DNA from: Oligoflexales bacterium
GTDB taxonomy: Bacteria > Bdellovibrionota_B > Oligoflexia > Oligoflexales > CAIYRB01
DNA length: 31,822 nt
Direction: 5' to 3'
Assembly: GCA_041736175.1 (NCBI GenBank)
Contig: JBGSUI010000103.1
Location: forward strand, 1 to 31,822
The first letter of the stretch is position 1. Every line of letters begins with the position of its first letter. A program made the position numbers and the translations under genes. Under the pieces are notes generated by a model that did not search any database, was not told the DNA's origin, and saw only the letters and a program-made list of their open reading frames with translations. Of this stretch, positions 17,973-27,367 are shown piece by piece.

Positions 17973-18983
17973 ATGGATCACCAAAATAAAAATGCGGAGC
18001 AAACCCAATCGTACGATGCTGTGCTTGAGCTATTCAAACCTTTCGAGCACTTCAGCAAATGCCTCCTCGATGCCTTTGTGATTATTGATCCTCAGGGCAA
18101 GATCTTAAAATGCAATCAGTTGTTTACTTCGATTACCGGTATGAAAAGCCGGCAGATCCTCAAGGCTGAATCCCTTGACCATATTTTCTCACTTACTATT
18201 TCTGGCAATCCCATCGGAGTTAAAGAATTTGTAAGTAACGTGAATCCAACAAGATACGATGAAGTGATCTGCAAGTGCCTTGGTAAAGAAGGTGAACTCA
18301 ACCTGATTATCGGCCTATACCCCCTGATGAAACAAGAAAATCTGCAAGGCGTCTTTTTGCTGGTGAGAGATGTCACCGCTGAGGCTAGTTTACAGGACAA
18401 ATACAAGGACAAGGCTACCAAGTCGATTACTGATGCCTTGACAGGTTTATTTAACAGAAATTATTTTATTGAATACATGGCGAGCCAAGTCTCTAAACTG
18501 GAAGACCTACCCCTAGATGCTCCACAAAGACTTGTTTCGTTGATTATGATGGATATTGATTTTTTCAAGAAGATTAACGATCGCTTCGGACATCCAGCCG
18601 GAGATGCGGTTCTCAAGGAGACTGCACAGCTAATGCGTAATATGTTTAGAAAAACCGATATCGTCGCTCGGTACGGGGGCGAAGAATTTTTGATTATTCT
18701 CCCAAGTACCGATGCCGTTGGTGCTTTGACCGCAGCTGAAAAAGTCCGACTTGCTCTCCAACAATACAAATTTACCTTTGAAGACAAGGTGATTCCAGTG
18801 ACGATCTCAAGTGGAGTCGCACTGATTGAGGTGGGTCGTGAAACTGGAGAACAGACCATGGCCCGAGCGGATGCTGCCCTTTATTTTTCAAAAAAGAATG
18901 GTCGCAATCAAGTATCTTTTCACTCGGGGGATGGGGTCATTCCTGCAAGCCAGATTTCAGGAATCAACCTAGAAGCTTCCTAA
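17973..18983 (+). CDS. PAS-GGDEF diguanylate cyclase
   Basis: PAS: DAFVIIDPQGKILKCN...RDVT; DALTGLFNR, DIDFFKKINDRFGHPAGD, RKTD I-site, RYGGEEF. Confidence 0.95.
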   Translation: MDHQNKNAEQTQSYDAVLELFKPFEHFSKCLLDAFVIIDPQGKILKCNQLFTSITGMKSRQILKAESLDHIFSLTISGNPIGVKEFVSNVNPTRYDEVICKCLGKEGELNLIIGLYPLMKQENLQGVFLLVRDVTAEASLQDKYKDKATKSITDALTGLFNRNYFIEYMASQVSKLEDLPLDAPQRLVSLIMMDIDFFKKINDRFGHPAGDAVLKETAQLMRNMFRKTDIVARYGGEEFLIILPSTDAVGALTAAEKVRLALQQYKFTFEDKVIPVTISSGVALIEVGRETGEQTMARADAALYFSKKNGRNQVSFHSGDGVIPASQISGINLEAS

Positions 18984-19436
18984 AGGCGCTGACTCACCGC
19001 TAGCTGCCGCGCCTTCTCCTATCAAACGGTCGCCCAGCCGTTCGAGGCGGAGATTTAAGATCTGACCCTTAAGCTGAAAGGGGATGCCATCGTATTCATA
19101 CTCTGTCCAATCGATGGGTAAAAACACATCCGGATTTTGGAAGTATTCGTCCCAATAAGCATCGATGTAATCAAATAAAAAGAAGACCGCATCTTTTGCA
19201 GAGAGGTCATGATCGATATCGGCAAGCCGAGACTCGACGGGGTAGTAGAAGGACTGGTCCTGATTTTGAAGAGTTATTTTTGCGTATACACCACGAGAGT
19301 CTCTTTGGGCTGCCACTTGAAAAAACCGTGTCTTGTAGACTGGATCTGAAAGATGACTCCGGTGTTTTCGATTTAAGGTTTCTGCAATATGGTCCAGTTC
19401 ATCTTGGGATAAACCTTTGATCGCTAAATCCGGCAT
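18969..19436 (-). CDS. Conserved hypothetical protein
   Basis: Strong RBS AAGGAGGT; globular acidic/aromatic sequence; downstream of the DUF6178-like gene. Confidence 0.75.
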   Translation of the reverse strand: MPDLAIKGLSQDELDHIAETLNRKHRSHLSDPVYKTRFFQVAAQRDSRGVYAKITLQNQDQSFYYPVESRLADIDHDLSAKDAVFFLFDYIDAYWDEYFQNPDVFLPIDWTEYEYDGIPFQLKGQILNLRLERLGDRLIGEGAAASGESAPLGSF

Positions 19437-19503
19437 AAGCCACCTCCTTCCATTTGTTGATACCCATTTGGGACACTAAAAATTGAGTGCGACAACTAGG
19501 TGT

Positions 19504-21327
19504 CTAATGCAAACTCCCGTCGGTCGTCCTTGCTGAAAGATGCGATATCCCCTGCCTTAGTCCGATGATCTCCTCAATCACCGCAGCCAAGATGTGATGG
19601 GACTCGACCCCTAAGGGTCGTTCCCACAACGGAGGCTGCCACCAATCTCCGTCTCCTTGCCCATTCCATGCACGACTAAGATCCTCACGCACCGACTGCA
19701 ACATTTCCAGTGTGGACTGATGGGGAGGAACGGCGTTAAAAGCTTTGTTTACAATTGTTTCTAGGGGAGCCTTGATCTGGTTGTCTGGATCCAACTTCTG
19801 TATACCAAAAAGAGCTCCTGCAAACACATAGACCTCTACTGCCAAAGCTCTCAGAATTTCTATAGAATGGATGGGTTGAAAGACTAAGATTGAGGTGCCA
19901 TCTGAGCTTGAGTCTTTACCAGGACTCCCAGCTCCATATTGTTTAGGATGACTGAGGCGCAGGGGAAACCGGTTTAAGAGACCCTTAAGCCATTCGACCC
20001 GCTCATACCCTAAGATCGAAAGCCAACCTGTTTCAATTTTTGTGAGGGCTAAACCATATTTGCACGCCCGGTAATCTTGATAAATAGCTTTGGCACCAGG
20101 CAGTCCAGCTAACGATAAAGCCTGGAGGGTATAAACAGCATACTGATGACACAGGGAAATCCCTGTTCGAAACGCCACCTGCGGCCCTTTGGTAAGGAAA
20201 AACTTTGCCGCAAGATGGGGATCCCCATCACTGATCCACTGGAGCCCAAGATTAGTGATGGCTTGGCCATGGGCCAAAATAATCTCTGCACCCTTGAGAT
20301 CATCGGGCTCAACCTGCGAGGCTGAGCATAAAGCATTGGCAAGGGTGAGGAGTTGGTGCCGGGCTTGCTCTAGCTCGGCTCCTTCGAGCGTGCTGAGGAT
20401 CTCCTCTACAAAAGACCCATAGATCACACCGGACTGGGGGGTTAGGGGCGGGTGTGACTCCTCCTGAATGAGCGAGGATGCCGAGGGGTTTGTCCCATGC
20501 TGCAAGGCACCCGTAAGACTCTTAGGGAGAAAGAGGGCTTGCTCCTGGGGACTAAAGGGCAAGAAAAATCGAGTGCTCTCCTCAAACGTCAAAAACCCAT
20601 CCTCCTCCAGCCGAGCTTGTCGCATTTGGGTCAGGGTTTGCTCCTGCTCATGGGGGGGGAGGTAGGCACCGTGGGTTAAAAGCGCATAGGCGTAGTTGAT
20701 ATCTTGGCCTAATGCCGCTTGTATCAGAGTTTCCAAAGCAGATATCAATCGCGGGTTTTCAGTTTCGAGACAGTAATGTAGCTGTCCACAGGGCAAAGCT
20801 TGATACCGGTCCTGCTCCTGATCCGAAAGGTCTTCGTACTCGTCTTCGTCTGCCAGTTTGATCAAGGGTCCTATAAAAGCCGTCTGATACTCTTCATCGA
20901 GTTCTCTAAACTTTTTGACAAGCTCTTCAGGACCTAATTCGCTAAAGATCTCGATCCAGCGCATAACCTTGAGTGGTTCAAGGCTATCTTTGGACCAAAC
21001 ATCGTAGTCAAAAAACCGAACAAGTTGGTCCTGGGACATAAGTTGAAGAACCTCTAGACTCTCCTCAGGGCCCCTTACCATGACGGCATGATAGAGTTCT
21101 TGGGCATCTACCCCTTGGACGGCCTCCTCAGGATTTTCCAGGGATAGCAGTTGGTCAAGATCGACTCCATGTCCGATCTTGAAAGCGGGCGTAGGGTCAT
21201 TGGGACTCGCTCCCTTTGAGACTGTTTCGCCAAGTTTTTGATCGGAACTCAAGCCTTCAATATAAAAAGCCTTCTGCCCTCGATCGTAAGCCTCTAAAAG
21301 GGACTGGTCCGACAATCGACTTGCCAT
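19504..21327 (-). CDS. DUF6178-like protein
   Basis: QELY..V...G.E.SLEVL.L.S.DQ...FFD.D.W.KD and RQARLEEDGF pattern recalled for this deltaproteobacterial family; AGGAG RBS. Confidence 0.7.
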   Translation of the reverse strand: MASRLSDQSLLEAYDRGQKAFYIEGLSSDQKLGETVSKGASPNDPTPAFKIGHGVDLDQLLSLENPEEAVQGVDAQELYHAVMVRGPEESLEVLQLMSQDQLVRFFDYDVWSKDSLEPLKVMRWIEIFSELGPEELVKKFRELDEEYQTAFIGPLIKLADEDEYEDLSDQEQDRYQALPCGQLHYCLETENPRLISALETLIQAALGQDINYAYALLTHGAYLPPHEQEQTLTQMRQARLEEDGFLTFEESTRFFLPFSPQEQALFLPKSLTGALQHGTNPSASSLIQEESHPPLTPQSGVIYGSFVEEILSTLEGAELEQARHQLLTLANALCSASQVEPDDLKGAEIILAHGQAITNLGLQWISDGDPHLAAKFFLTKGPQVAFRTGISLCHQYAVYTLQALSLAGLPGAKAIYQDYRACKYGLALTKIETGWLSILGYERVEWLKGLLNRFPLRLSHPKQYGAGSPGKDSSSDGTSILVFQPIHSIEILRALAVEVYVFAGALFGIQKLDPDNQIKAPLETIVNKAFNAVPPHQSTLEMLQSVREDLSRAWNGQGDGDWWQPPLWERPLGVESHHILAAVIEEIIGLRQGISHLSARTTDGSLH

Positions 21328-21560
21328 GCTTTACTCCTATCGGTACGGCTGTAAGGGAGAATATGTGGGTCTTTCTACTTACAGCTTAGGACTTAGGACG
21401 ACAGGTGCCCACCGGATTCAAAGGCCCCTAAGATACGGCCTTTTTAAAGAATATACAAGAGAATTCCTAAGGTAGAGCCAACCGCCAGCGGTTTCCCACC
21501 GCAACCCGGACAATCGACTTGCTTTGATTCCACCCTGCCGGTATTTCTGTAGGACGTGGA

Positions 21561-22673
21561 ATGTTTGGCGCTCATCCGTTACATGTTCTACGTTTATGGG
21601 CTTTAGAACTCGGAGACGACACACTGCAGGTTCAAACAAAAAACCCCCACGCCTCAAAGCCCCTCCCAGAGCTTCCCTTTGGGTTGCCTGATCCAGCACT
21701 TATGCTCAAACAGGCCCTTGAACCGGTAGAGTCGGACCTTCACGAACTCAATCATCGGTTTTTAGGCTACATCCCCACAGAGACCGAGCGATGCCGCCAA
21801 ATCCTTGACCATGTCATGAATGCCGGTGGCAAAAGGATCAGACCCGCTCTGTTTTTTATGAGCTGTCGCATCCTCGGTTACCGAGGAGACCATTACTTTC
21901 CCGTCGGAGCAGTGACTGAGTTTGTCCACACAGCGAGCCTCCTTCACGATGATGTCATCGATCACAGCACTCTACGTCGCTCAAGACCCACCGCAAACAG
22001 CCTCTATGGCGACACCTCAGGGGTCCTGATCGGGGACCTGATCTATGCGACAGCAAGTGCCATGATGGCTGCGACGGGGAGCACCGAGCTGGGCGGAGCT
22101 TTTGCTTACGCAATCCAGCACATGTCTAGCGGAGAACTCCTCCAACTGGAAAGTCTTTACAACCCCCATCTGCCCGAGTCTGTTTATTTCCGCATTCTCA
22201 AATGCAAAACCGCCATGTTGATCGGAGCTTGTTGCCAGGCATCGGCTATCATCGCAAAGGCACCTGACCCCATCAAACAGGCTCTCCACCGTTTTGGACA
22301 TGATGTGGGTATGGCCTTTCAGCTGATCGACGATGCCCTTGACTACGCGTCAGATTCTGAACAGTTGGGCAAGTCCGCTCTCGCTGATTTACCGGAAGGC
22401 AAAGTGACCTTGCCCGTAATCCTTTTGCGACAAAAGCTCCCCTCCTCGCAGCTCTATGAGGTTGAGGAAATCATTTCAAAACATGCCAGCGACCCGACGG
22501 CCGTCAAGAGAATCCAGACCCTGGTCATGGAACATGACACCATTGGAATGACTCTAGCCAAAGCTCAGTCCTTTACCCAATCAGCGATGGAATCACTTTA
22601 TCAGTTGCCCGCAACGCCTGCCCGGGACATGTTAGAAAATCTTGCACAAAAACTCTTGTTTAGGTTTCATTAG
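21561..22673 (+). CDS. ispB: Long-chain polyprenyl diphosphate synthase (IspB-like). Start may be ATG 21702
   Basis: GGKRIRP, HTASLLHDDVID..LRR, KTA, AFQLIDDALDY, GK...DL.EGKVTLP. Confidence 0.9.
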   Translation: MFGAHPLHVLRLWALELGDDTLQVQTKNPHASKPLPELPFGLPDPALMLKQALEPVESDLHELNHRFLGYIPTETERCRQILDHVMNAGGKRIRPALFFMSCRILGYRGDHYFPVGAVTEFVHTASLLHDDVIDHSTLRRSRPTANSLYGDTSGVLIGDLIYATASAMMAATGSTELGGAFAYAIQHMSSGELLQLESLYNPHLPESVYFRILKCKTAMLIGACCQASAIIAKAPDPIKQALHRFGHDVGMAFQLIDDALDYASDSEQLGKSALADLPEGKVTLPVILLRQKLPSSQLYEVEEIISKHASDPTAVKRIQTLVMEHDTIGMTLAKAQSFTQSAMESLYQLPATPARDMLENLAQKLLFRFH

Positions 22674-22703
22674 GTTTTCTATCAAACTCAAAAAGGACCC
22701 TTC

Positions 22704-24056
22704 TTGGACCTTAAGATCCCACAGACTCCAGTTAAAGTGCCGTTTTACGAACGGTTTGACCGCCAAGTGGCCAGCCAGACTTTAAGCTCGGGACTCACCA
22801 TCCTCCATGTCCCCCAGAGTGAGACTCCAAGCTTTTATATTGGGGCCACCATTGCGGCAGGGACACGTCTGGAGCCCACAAGGATCCTCGGGATCTCCCA
22901 TTTTCTCGAACATATGATGTTTCGGGGTTCCAGACGCTATCCTGACTATGCTGCCCTGGCCGAAGCTTTTGAAAATCTAGGGGGCGAGTGGAACGCGGCG
23001 ACAAGCCATGAACATACGGAATACTGGTACTCTGGCATCAATCACACTGCTGAAAAAGTTGTCGAACTATTCGCGGATTTTATCAACCATCCCAGTTTAC
23101 TCGAAATCGAAACAGAGCGGCAGATCATCCTTAGGGAATTGGATGGGGAAACCAACGATTTAGGCCACTCCACTGATTTGGGGTGGCATATGGCCAGCCT
23201 GATGTGGCCTGGCTCGACCCTTGATCGTCCTATCCTTGGCACCCGGCAAAGCCTTGAGCGGATCCAGCTTGCTGATCTTAAGAATTACCGACGGGAATTC
23301 TACACTCCGAGCCGTATGGTGATCAGTGTGATCGGGGGCTTCGATGATTCCATGCCCACCACTCTCTTTAACGCATTCAACCAACAAACAGCCCTTGTAC
23401 AAAACAACCCCCTTCCTCCAAAACCATTTGAATACCCACCTATACCGCAGTTTTTAGGACCAAAGGTTAAATGGATCGAGCATAACGATAACGAATACGA
23501 AATCAAACTCAGCTTTGCCTGTAGCCATGAGTGGTCTCCACAAGCCCCAGCGTTACAATTGATTGCCCGTATTTTGGGAGATGGGTTTAGTTCACGGCTT
23601 ACACGGCAGCTAAGGGAAAAACTAGGTCTCGTTTATGACATCAGTGCCCAACCCAATCTCGGCTTCGATTATGGTACTATTGATATCGATGCAACCTGTT
23701 CTGCTGACCAACTGGACGACTTTTTACGAGAACTCTTCATCCTGGTCAATAATCTACGAACCGCAGGCGTGACCCGACAGGAGTTTGAGCGTTCAATGTT
23801 TAGATCCCTTGTGGATATTGAGCTTTCCCTGGGCCATTCAGAAATTTTGGGGGGTCGTTTAGGTTGGTCCCGCTTGTGTGGCAAACCCTGGAATTTAACG
23901 CGGCATTGCGAGGCTATCAAGGCCATCACTCTCGACCAACTCAACCAAGTTGTCTTTAGCACTTTCCGTAAGGAAAATCTTGGCCTCGTTGCCCTGGGGC
24001 CAGACGGACCCTCTGTTGAAACTCGGATGGCCCAATCTATAGTGCGATATTTTTAA
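22704..24056 (+). CDS. M16 (pitrilysin/MPP-like) zinc peptidase
   Basis: GISHFLEHMMFRGS (HxxEH), NAATS.E.T.Y, RPILGT, SSRL...LREKLGLVY. Confidence 0.93.
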   Translation: MDLKIPQTPVKVPFYERFDRQVASQTLSSGLTILHVPQSETPSFYIGATIAAGTRLEPTRILGISHFLEHMMFRGSRRYPDYAALAEAFENLGGEWNAATSHEHTEYWYSGINHTAEKVVELFADFINHPSLLEIETERQIILRELDGETNDLGHSTDLGWHMASLMWPGSTLDRPILGTRQSLERIQLADLKNYRREFYTPSRMVISVIGGFDDSMPTTLFNAFNQQTALVQNNPLPPKPFEYPPIPQFLGPKVKWIEHNDNEYEIKLSFACSHEWSPQAPALQLIARILGDGFSSRLTRQLREKLGLVYDISAQPNLGFDYGTIDIDATCSADQLDDFLRELFILVNNLRTAGVTRQEFERSMFRSLVDIELSLGHSEILGGRLGWSRLCGKPWNLTRHCEAIKAITLDQLNQVVFSTFRKENLGLVALGPDGPSVETRMAQSIVRYF

Positions 24057-24073
24057 TTGGGCCCAATCCGGGC

Positions 24074-24862
24074 CTATATACCTAATAATTTCATGACAAT
24101 TTCCAGGGATATTAGCAGAACGATTGAGAGCTCTAGCCAGTAGAGGCGGCGATCCCGTATCATTTCGACTAAGACCTCCAGGGTTTGTTGGATCAGCTGG
24201 AGCTTGTACTCGAGGGCCTGAAACCTTTCTGGCAAATCGAACATCGCTCGTAGGTCGCCATAGACTTCGTCCATGACTTTGTCTTCCCAGATCAGGTCTG
24301 GCTTGTCGAGTAAATGCAGCACTCTCACGACGGTGCTACGAAGGGTTAGGGCATCTGCGATCCGTCGATTGATGGGCCGCACAAAAAAAGTGTAGCGCCC
24401 CTTTTTGGTGATATCCACGAGCATTGTATCCACTTGCCGCCAGGCATCTTCGACGAGAGACTCGTAGTATTCCATAGAGGTGCTTTGGGCGAGGGTTGAG
24501 GCTATCACTTCCCTACGGGCGGGATTAAGCCTGTCCAGGACAAGGCGGCCAAACTCCACTTGGCTTGGACCTTCATGCTCAACCACGGTAAAACTATCGC
24601 TGATGGCCTCTTTGAGATCGGGAACCGGCTCTAGATCGATCAGCCTTTTAAGCTGAACTTCCTGTTCTTCGGGGACCACATCCCAAAAGACAACTGAGCC
24701 ATGATTAAAAATAAATATAAATCCTGAGTCACCGATCCTAGAGCTAATGGAAGCTCTTGGATCTATGGACGATGGAGAGGCTGTGTATTTTTCCAAAAGC
24801 CTGGTCATATCGATGCTTCGAGAAAATACATAGGACCTTAGAATATGGCTTTGTGCTGGCAT
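24074..24862 (-). CDS. RMD1/DUF155 (YagE-like) family protein
   Basis: FIFNHGSVVFW, LAQS..MEYYE, LLDKPDLIWED, ERFQAL.YKL, LE..IVLLI..EI. Confidence 0.9.
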   Translation of the reverse strand: MPAQSHILRSYVFSRSIDMTRLLEKYTASPSSIDPRASISSRIGDSGFIFIFNHGSVVFWDVVPEEQEVQLKRLIDLEPVPDLKEAISDSFTVVEHEGPSQVEFGRLVLDRLNPARREVIASTLAQSTSMEYYESLVEDAWRQVDTMLVDITKKGRYTFFVRPINRRIADALTLRSTVVRVLHLLDKPDLIWEDKVMDEVYGDLRAMFDLPERFQALEYKLQLIQQTLEVLVEMIRDRRLYWLELSIVLLISLEIVMKLLGI

Positions 24863-25095
24863 ATCTCATGATCCATTGTTCAGGGGGCTCATAGATAAAC
24901 TCATTTTTGAAATCCCAAGTCTAGGACTATCACAAATCCGCCTAAAAATCAGTAAGATTTGAATTGCGCTTTTTTGGGGTGATTTGGCAAAAAGGGCTCT
25001 AAAGTATTTAACTGCCCGTCGCTTGTGTTTAAAATGGTACCTACGTGGGTATTCAGGCAAGAAATGGATCAATGGAACGCCAGAGGAGGTTTATT

Positions 25096-27357
25096 ATGAA
25101 CGCAAATTCGAAACACTTAGCGAACATCGTACTTATCGTTCATATACTGACAAGCTGCCAAGGTAAGAAAAATAACAAGGATGCAAGCGCTGCACCTCTC
25201 CCCCCGCCGTCTTCATTGGGGATGGAAAACTCATGTGTCGCCGATAACTCCTGCATCGACTCAAGCAAAGACTTTGAGCTTGGTGAAACCGTGCCCAGCA
25301 GCACACCAAAGACCGTCAGTATTGGCCAAAAGGATGATATTAGTCGCTCTGGAGAGGTGGTCGCTAGGGGGATTGATGAAACCAAAACCCTTTACGGAGC
25401 TGATCGTGTAATCTCATGGGACGGCTTGGACTTTGTAACGCAACAAAACTCAACCCTAAAACGAAAGCAGCCCTCGGTCATACTCCAAGCCTTTAATATG
25501 AATTATATTTTCATTGAAAACCAGCTAACTCAGCTCCATCAAGCCGGTTACAAGATCATCCAGATTTCCCCGCCTCAGCAGAGTCTCGAGCGATATGGGA
25601 TCTGGTGGGAAAGCTACCAACCCATTGATAATCGAGTCTTTGAAAATAAATTCGGCACCGAAAACCAACTCCGCTCCTTGATACGTTCTGCACATGCTCT
25701 TGGGATGAAGGTTATCGCGGATACGGTCCTGAATCACATGGCCGATCCTCAACGCTACCAGTCGGGTCCACTTTTGACCTATTCAGATCTCTATAAACCT
25801 GAAGACTTTCTGAACCATGATCTCTACATCGACCTACAAAACTATAAGGTGAAAATTCTCGAGGCTCCCCTGGATGAATGGCGATATTTCTACTCGCCTG
25901 AACGCTCCCTCTATACGAGGTTCCAAGGGTTTCTCCAAAAGCGTGGTAAGGATATCAACAGCGTTTTGAAGGATCATAACCTGCTCACGGCCTACGAAAT
26001 TATGTTTATCAAGGAACAGCTGCCATGGATGTATTCCGACTTAAAAAGGCTTACTACCCAAGAGGGAGTGACCATTACCTTCGAAGACGACGAAGCCATC
26101 TGCTCACAGAGAGACCGTAGGACTCCTTGTCTACAGAGCGGCGATTTCATGAAGCAATGGCGCAATCTTTTTGGCTCAGGAGCCCTGATTGTACGCTCCT
26201 ATTATTTTGAATTAACAGCCCATACTTTCCCCATCTATGATAACGAGTGGGATAATATGGAAAAGGTCGCAGTCAAGTGGTTTCCAGGTCTGCCTTCCCT
26301 CGACAAAAACAACATCTACGTGAAACAAACCCACGTTGATCTTTTAGAAAAAATGCTGCGCCTTGGCATCGACGGATTTCGACTAGATGCAGCGAAGCAT
26401 ATTCCAAAAGATTATTTTGCTGATTTAATGATAGATCTAAAAACCCGCCTCCAAAACAGTAGTCACATTGTGGATGGCGAACTCCTCCAAGAAAAGGCTC
26501 TCTTCGTCTACGGCGAAATGGCCACAAGCAAGGTTGAAATTGCCAACACCTATCGCAATCGCATGGAAGTGACCGACTTCTTCATGCTTGACACTTTTAT
26601 TTATTCCACTGTTTTCAAGGAATCCTATGATACCTACGGTCGTGGCGAAGAGAATTGGCAGAAACTTCGCCGTAAGAATCTGATTAAATCCCTGGAAGCG
26701 GGCGATAACCTTGGCTGGCAACCGATGCTCTATCCCCTCTCGGGCTCTCCCGAAAACTCCTGGTTTACCCTTAAGGATTTCGATAAGGACAAATACCAGA
26801 AGCTACTTAAGGTACCCGTTTATTTCTCCAGAATCCATGACTCAGTGGTAGGTGATATGTACCACTTGAAAAATTATCAGCAGGCCATGCTAGGTCATGC
26901 CTATATGCTAACCGCCACAGATGGGCGCGTCATCATTTATGGATCAGATGAAGACGTTTCGATCAATGCTGGTGCAGACTATAAGGAAAAAGTGGTTCTT
27001 GCCGGCATAAAATTCCAACAGCTGGCCGGCAACCTGCCTTACACCGATCGTTTTGAAAACAGAGAATATTGTAAACAATGTGAGAGAAATGATCTCATGT
27101 TTGTCGACCGAGGCGATGCTGCAGTTGCCATTCTCTTTTCGGGAGCGGAAGCCCTAAAGCTTGACGCCCTCACATTCCTTAGCCTTAAAAAGGGGTGCTA
27201 CGTGGATCTGATGAGCGGTCGTCGTATAATCGTTGACGCCGATCACGTAGCCTCTCGAAACGGTTCCAAAGAGGTTACCCTTGCCCCACGCTCAGCGGCT
27301 TATATCGTGGCGTCGGAGTGTGATGTGAGAGAAGTCAATGCATCATCTCTAAAATGA
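25096..27357 (+). CDS. GH13 alpha-amylase family lipoprotein
   Basis: GGAGG RBS, lipobox LTSC; LQAFN, QISPPQ, WWESYQP, DTVLNH, GLPSL, GFRLDAAKH (nucleophile D), VYGE (acid/base), IHD. Confidence 0.9.
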   Translation: MNANSKHLANIVLIVHILTSCQGKKNNKDASAAPLPPPSSLGMENSCVADNSCIDSSKDFELGETVPSSTPKTVSIGQKDDISRSGEVVARGIDETKTLYGADRVISWDGLDFVTQQNSTLKRKQPSVILQAFNMNYIFIENQLTQLHQAGYKIIQISPPQQSLERYGIWWESYQPIDNRVFENKFGTENQLRSLIRSAHALGMKVIADTVLNHMADPQRYQSGPLLTYSDLYKPEDFLNHDLYIDLQNYKVKILEAPLDEWRYFYSPERSLYTRFQGFLQKRGKDINSVLKDHNLLTAYEIMFIKEQLPWMYSDLKRLTTQEGVTITFEDDEAICSQRDRRTPCLQSGDFMKQWRNLFGSGALIVRSYYFELTAHTFPIYDNEWDNMEKVAVKWFPGLPSLDKNNIYVKQTHVDLLEKMLRLGIDGFRLDAAKHIPKDYFADLMIDLKTRLQNSSHIVDGELLQEKALFVYGEMATSKVEIANTYRNRMEVTDFFMLDTFIYSTVFKESYDTYGRGEENWQKLRRKNLIKSLEAGDNLGWQPMLYPLSGSPENSWFTLKDFDKDKYQKLLKVPVYFSRIHDSVVGDMYHLKNYQQAMLGHAYMLTATDGRVIIYGSDEDVSINAGADYKEKVVLAGIKFQQLAGNLPYTDRFENREYCKQCERNDLMFVDRGDAAVAILFSGAEALKLDALTFLSLKKGCYVDLMSGRRIIVDADHVASRNGSKEVTLAPRSAAYIVASECDVREVNASSLK

Positions 27358-27367
27358 AGCCACATCC

